DNA of 49,920 nt from Patescibacteria group bacterium (GTDB lineage: Bacteria; Patescibacteriota; Minisyncoccia; Phycocordibacterales; WO2-35-19), in NCBI GenBank assembly GCA_038064735.1, contig JBBTSI010000004.1:1-49920 (forward strand), in the 5' to 3' direction. A program made the translations under genes and the position numbers. A model generated the notes under the pieces. The model searched no databases. It saw nothing but the letters and a program-made list of their open reading frames with translations, and was not told where the DNA came from. This document shows, in pieces, positions 47,479-49,920 of this stretch (position 1 is the stretch's first letter; every line of letters begins with the position of its first letter).

Positions 47479-47886
47479 ATGTCAGAAGAAACAAAAATAG
47501 AAGCAGAAGTGGTAGAAGTTCCTGCTAAATTTGCTAAAATCGTGGAAGAAGTGGAAAAAATGTCCGTTTTGGATCTCAACGAACTTGTAAAAGTATTTGA
47601 GAAAAAGTTTGGTGTTTCAGCTACTGCCGTAGCTTCTGGTCCTGCAGTCGCAGCTGGTCCTGCTGCTGAAGAGAAATCAACCTTTACTGTTGAACTTTCA
47701 GACAGTGGTGCTACCAAAATCGCAGTTATCAAAGTAGTCAAAGAAGCTTTAGCTTTGGGTCTTAAAGATGCCAAAGATAAAGTTGATGCTGCTCCTACCG
47801 TGCTTGCTGAAAACATGAAGAAAGAAGATGCTGAAAATCTCAAGAAACAAATTGAAGAAGCAGGTGGCAAAGTAACATTAAAATAA
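47479..47886 (+). CDS. rplL: 50S ribosomal protein L7/L12
   Basis: ELVK.FE.KFGVSA, EEKSTF.V.L, KI.VIK.V, LGLKDAK. Confidence 0.97.
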   Translation: MSEETKIEAEVVEVPAKFAKIVEEVEKMSVLDLNELVKVFEKKFGVSATAVASGPAVAAGPAAEEKSTFTVELSDSGATKIAVIKVVKEALALGLKDAKDKVDAAPTVLAENMKKEDAENLKKQIEEAGGKVTLK

Positions 47887-47914
47887 CAAAAAGTCCCCTT
47901 GCGGGGACTTTTTG
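47887..47914 (+). terminator. intrinsic terminator
   Basis: CAAAAAGTCCCC-ttgc-GGGGACTTTTTG. Confidence 0.8.
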
Positions 47915-47940
47915 TTTTGGGTAGAATGCCTTTTATGGAT

Positions 47941-48007
47941 CCCGTTAGAAATCAGAACCTTCTAATTTACACAGGATTATATTATTAACTTTTTAATTTC
48001 TAACGGG
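47941..48007. mobile_element. start-codon-associated TIR element, copy 4
   Basis: ATGGAT-CCCGTTAGAAAT...ATTTCTAACGGG-ATGGAC. Confidence 0.85.
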
Positions 48008-48625
48008 ATGGACATACTGGAAAAACTTTTTGGAAGCGCCTCAAAAGTCAAAGTCATAAAACTATTTCTATTTAATCCGGAATCTGCTTTTGATTCTGCT
48101 CAGACAGCTGAAAGAAGCAAAATATCTGTCGAGATCGCCAGGAAGGAGATAAACAATCTTTTGGATATTGGTTTCCTTAAATCAAGATCTTATGTAAAAG
48201 AAGTAAAAAGGCAAAAAAATAGAAGCATTCAAATTTTTCGTAAAAGAGTAAATGGCTTCACATTAGACCCAAAATTTCCATATATAGAAGACATAAAAGC
48301 TTTCCTTTCAAACATAAATCCTTTCAAACACAAAGATATTGTTGATAAAATTTCCCGTGCCGGCAAAATTCAACTCCTTATTATTTCTGGTATTTTTATA
48401 AAAGATCCTGATAGTAGAGCAGATTTGCTCGTGGTAGGGGACAATTTGAAACAAGGTCAGCTCGATAACATCATCAAAACTATTGAATCCGAGATTGGCA
48501 GGGAAATCCGTTATGCCGTCTTTGAAACTTCCGAGTTTAAATACCGCCATTCCATGTTTGATAAACTCATCCGCGATATTTTGGATTATCCTCACGAAAA
48601 AATCATTAATAGGCTGGGGATGTAA
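48008..48625 (+). CDS. winged-HTH + nucleotidyltransferase-like protein
   Basis: LFGS..KVK...LFL.NP; ISGIF....S.ADLL.VGD; GREI.Y. Confidence 0.75.
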   Translation: MDILEKLFGSASKVKVIKLFLFNPESAFDSAQTAERSKISVEIARKEINNLLDIGFLKSRSYVKEVKRQKNRSIQIFRKRVNGFTLDPKFPYIEDIKAFLSNINPFKHKDIVDKISRAGKIQLLIISGIFIKDPDSRADLLVVGDNLKQGQLDNIIKTIESEIGREIRYAVFETSEFKYRHSMFDKLIRDILDYPHEKIINRLGM

Positions 48626-48715
48626 TTATCCACAATACCTATTGCTTAAGGGTTTAATAGGTGTATATTTTATGTTGTAATTGAAAGTTATTATTAATAA
48701 TTTAACAAGTAATAT

Positions 48716-49402
48716 ATGGCAATAAATACATGGAGTAATATCCTTTCGCTGTCATTCACAAATTTGTGGGTGGGTGTAATCGGTTTTGTTCCAAATCTGA
48801 TTGTGGCTATCGTGATAGTACTTTTGGGTTGGGGCATAGGAGTTCTTTTTGGCAGAGTAGTTTCTCAAATTATAAAGGCTATCAAAATTGATGAAGCTCT
48901 AAAAAGAGCCGGAGTAGAAACTTTCCTCAACAAAGGAGGAATGAATCTCAATGCTGGCAATTTCTTAGGAGGCCTCGTACGTTGGTTTATCATATTGGTG
49001 TTCTTGGTAGGAGCTCTTGATGTCTTGAAACTTTCTCAAGTGACTATGTTTTTGCAAGAAATCCTTAATTACCTGCCTCAGGTTATCGTAGCTGTCCTTA
49101 TCCTCATCGCAGCTGGTTTGGTATCTGATGCTATGAAGAAAGTAGTGCTTACTTCCGCTATGACTGCTGAGATTTCTTCTGCTGGTTTCGTAGCTACCGC
49201 TACCAAATGGGCTATCTGGATCTTTGCAATCCTCGTTGCTCTTTCTCAACTCGGTATAGCTTCAGGATTCATTCAGACTATATTTACTGGTTTGGTAGTA
49301 GCTCTTTCTTTGGCTCTCGGTTTGTCTTTTGGTCTCGGTGGCCAAGAAGCAGCTGGAAAAGTCATTGAAAAAATGAGCAAAGAAATATCAAACAAAAAAT
49401 AA
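48716..49402 (+). CDS. TM-helix-repeat (MscS-associated type) membrane protein
   Basis: two P.LI.A..I...G repeats; L.FGLGG end. Confidence 0.8.
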   Translation: MAINTWSNILSLSFTNLWVGVIGFVPNLIVAIVIVLLGWGIGVLFGRVVSQIIKAIKIDEALKRAGVETFLNKGGMNLNAGNFLGGLVRWFIILVFLVGALDVLKLSQVTMFLQEILNYLPQVIVAVLILIAAGLVSDAMKKVVLTSAMTAEISSAGFVATATKWAIWIFAILVALSQLGIASGFIQTIFTGLVVALSLALGLSFGLGGQEAAGKVIEKMSKEISNKK

Positions 49403-49431
49403 TTTTGTAAAAAATTTTAAAGTTTGTAAAG

Positions 49432-49463
49432 AAAAATGCATCCCCAAAAGGGGTGCATTTTTT
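49432..49463 (+). terminator. intrinsic terminator
   Basis: AAAAATGCATCCC-caaaa-GGGGTGCATTTTT. Confidence 0.7.
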
Positions 49464-49502
49464 GTTATTCACAACCTTTCCACATCTAAATTTAGTATTG
49501 AT

Positions 49503-49530
49503 TTGACAGGGTTTTAGGGTTGTGTATACT
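49503..49530 (+). promoter_or_regulatory. rRNA promoter
   Basis: TTGACA-16 nt-TATACT with extended TG. Confidence 0.7.
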
Positions 49531-49850
49531 GTTGATACGTATGTTTTTGAAGTATTTAACCGTGAAGCGTAAGAGAGGGTAAGATGCCCTCTGGCTTGTT
49601 GTGAGCCCGCTTCCAAAAGAAGCGGTTTTTCTTTTAAAAATACGGGTACTTTGACAATTTAAAGCCACTCTAACATCGCTTTTCCTTAGGCTGTTGTAAG
49701 CCGAAAGGAAGGGGTCTTTGTTTGTTGGAAGTGGAAAAAGCGCCGTATGAGACAATAGTTTTATGCGGCAGGAGAAAATTAAAAAGAAAAATCTCAGCAG
49801 TAATGCTGAGCTCTGTCACTTCAATGACGGAGGTGGTTTTTGAATTTCCT

Positions 49851-49920
49851 AATAGGAAATTTAAGAGCGTATGGTGGATGCCTTGGCTAGAAATAGCGAT
49901 GAAGGACGTGGCGTGGCGAC
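49851..49920 (+). rRNA. rrl: 23S rRNA 5' end (truncated by the window edge)
   Basis: AAGAGCGTATGGTGGATGCCTTGG...GCGATGAAGGACGTG matches the conserved 23S 5' region; exact start approximate. Confidence 0.9.

Noticed and set aside
42162-49484. Replication origin
   Set aside because: DnaA boxes are isolated rather than clustered, and there is no dnaA/dnaN in the window.
49680-49715. GCCGAAAGGAAG as SRP RNA
   Set aside because: Lacks the CAGG...GGAAGCAG helix-8 motif; better explained as an rRNA leader hairpin.

Overview
AT-rich window from a Patescibacteria/CPR (Parcubacteria-like) chromosome. The lineage is inferred from gene content: alpha2-type GlyRS, H+-PPase, type IV pilus genes, tRNA-Arg(GCG), an IleRS with an inserted histidine-phosphatase domain, and a 23S rRNA start with no upstream 16S. 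The genes are mostly housekeeping (polA, mutM, murE, ruvA, ileS, recO, glyQS, metG, tatD, rpsF-ssb-rpsR, efp, recA, ftsK, rplJ-rplL), with 5 tRNAs and one orphan tRNA half. The most striking layer is non-coding. (1) Four copies of a 65-76 bp element with perfect 12-bp terminal inverted repeats (CCCGTTAGAAAT...ATTTCTAACGGG) and unrelated interiors each sit at a start codon and duplicate it (ATGAA/ATGGA/ATGG). (2) Many genes have an extended -10 box 6-7 nt before the ATG, which suggests leaderless mRNAs. (3) A RAYT (HUH Y1) transposase is flanked by identical REP palindromes. (4) Several other short palindromic families occur, some inserted in frame inside essential proteins. (5) A 92-nt structured element is attached behind tRNA 3' ends. 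(6) A LAGLIDADG-like ORF ends inside a tRNA-Arg anticodon loop. All calls were made by eye; no database searches were run.
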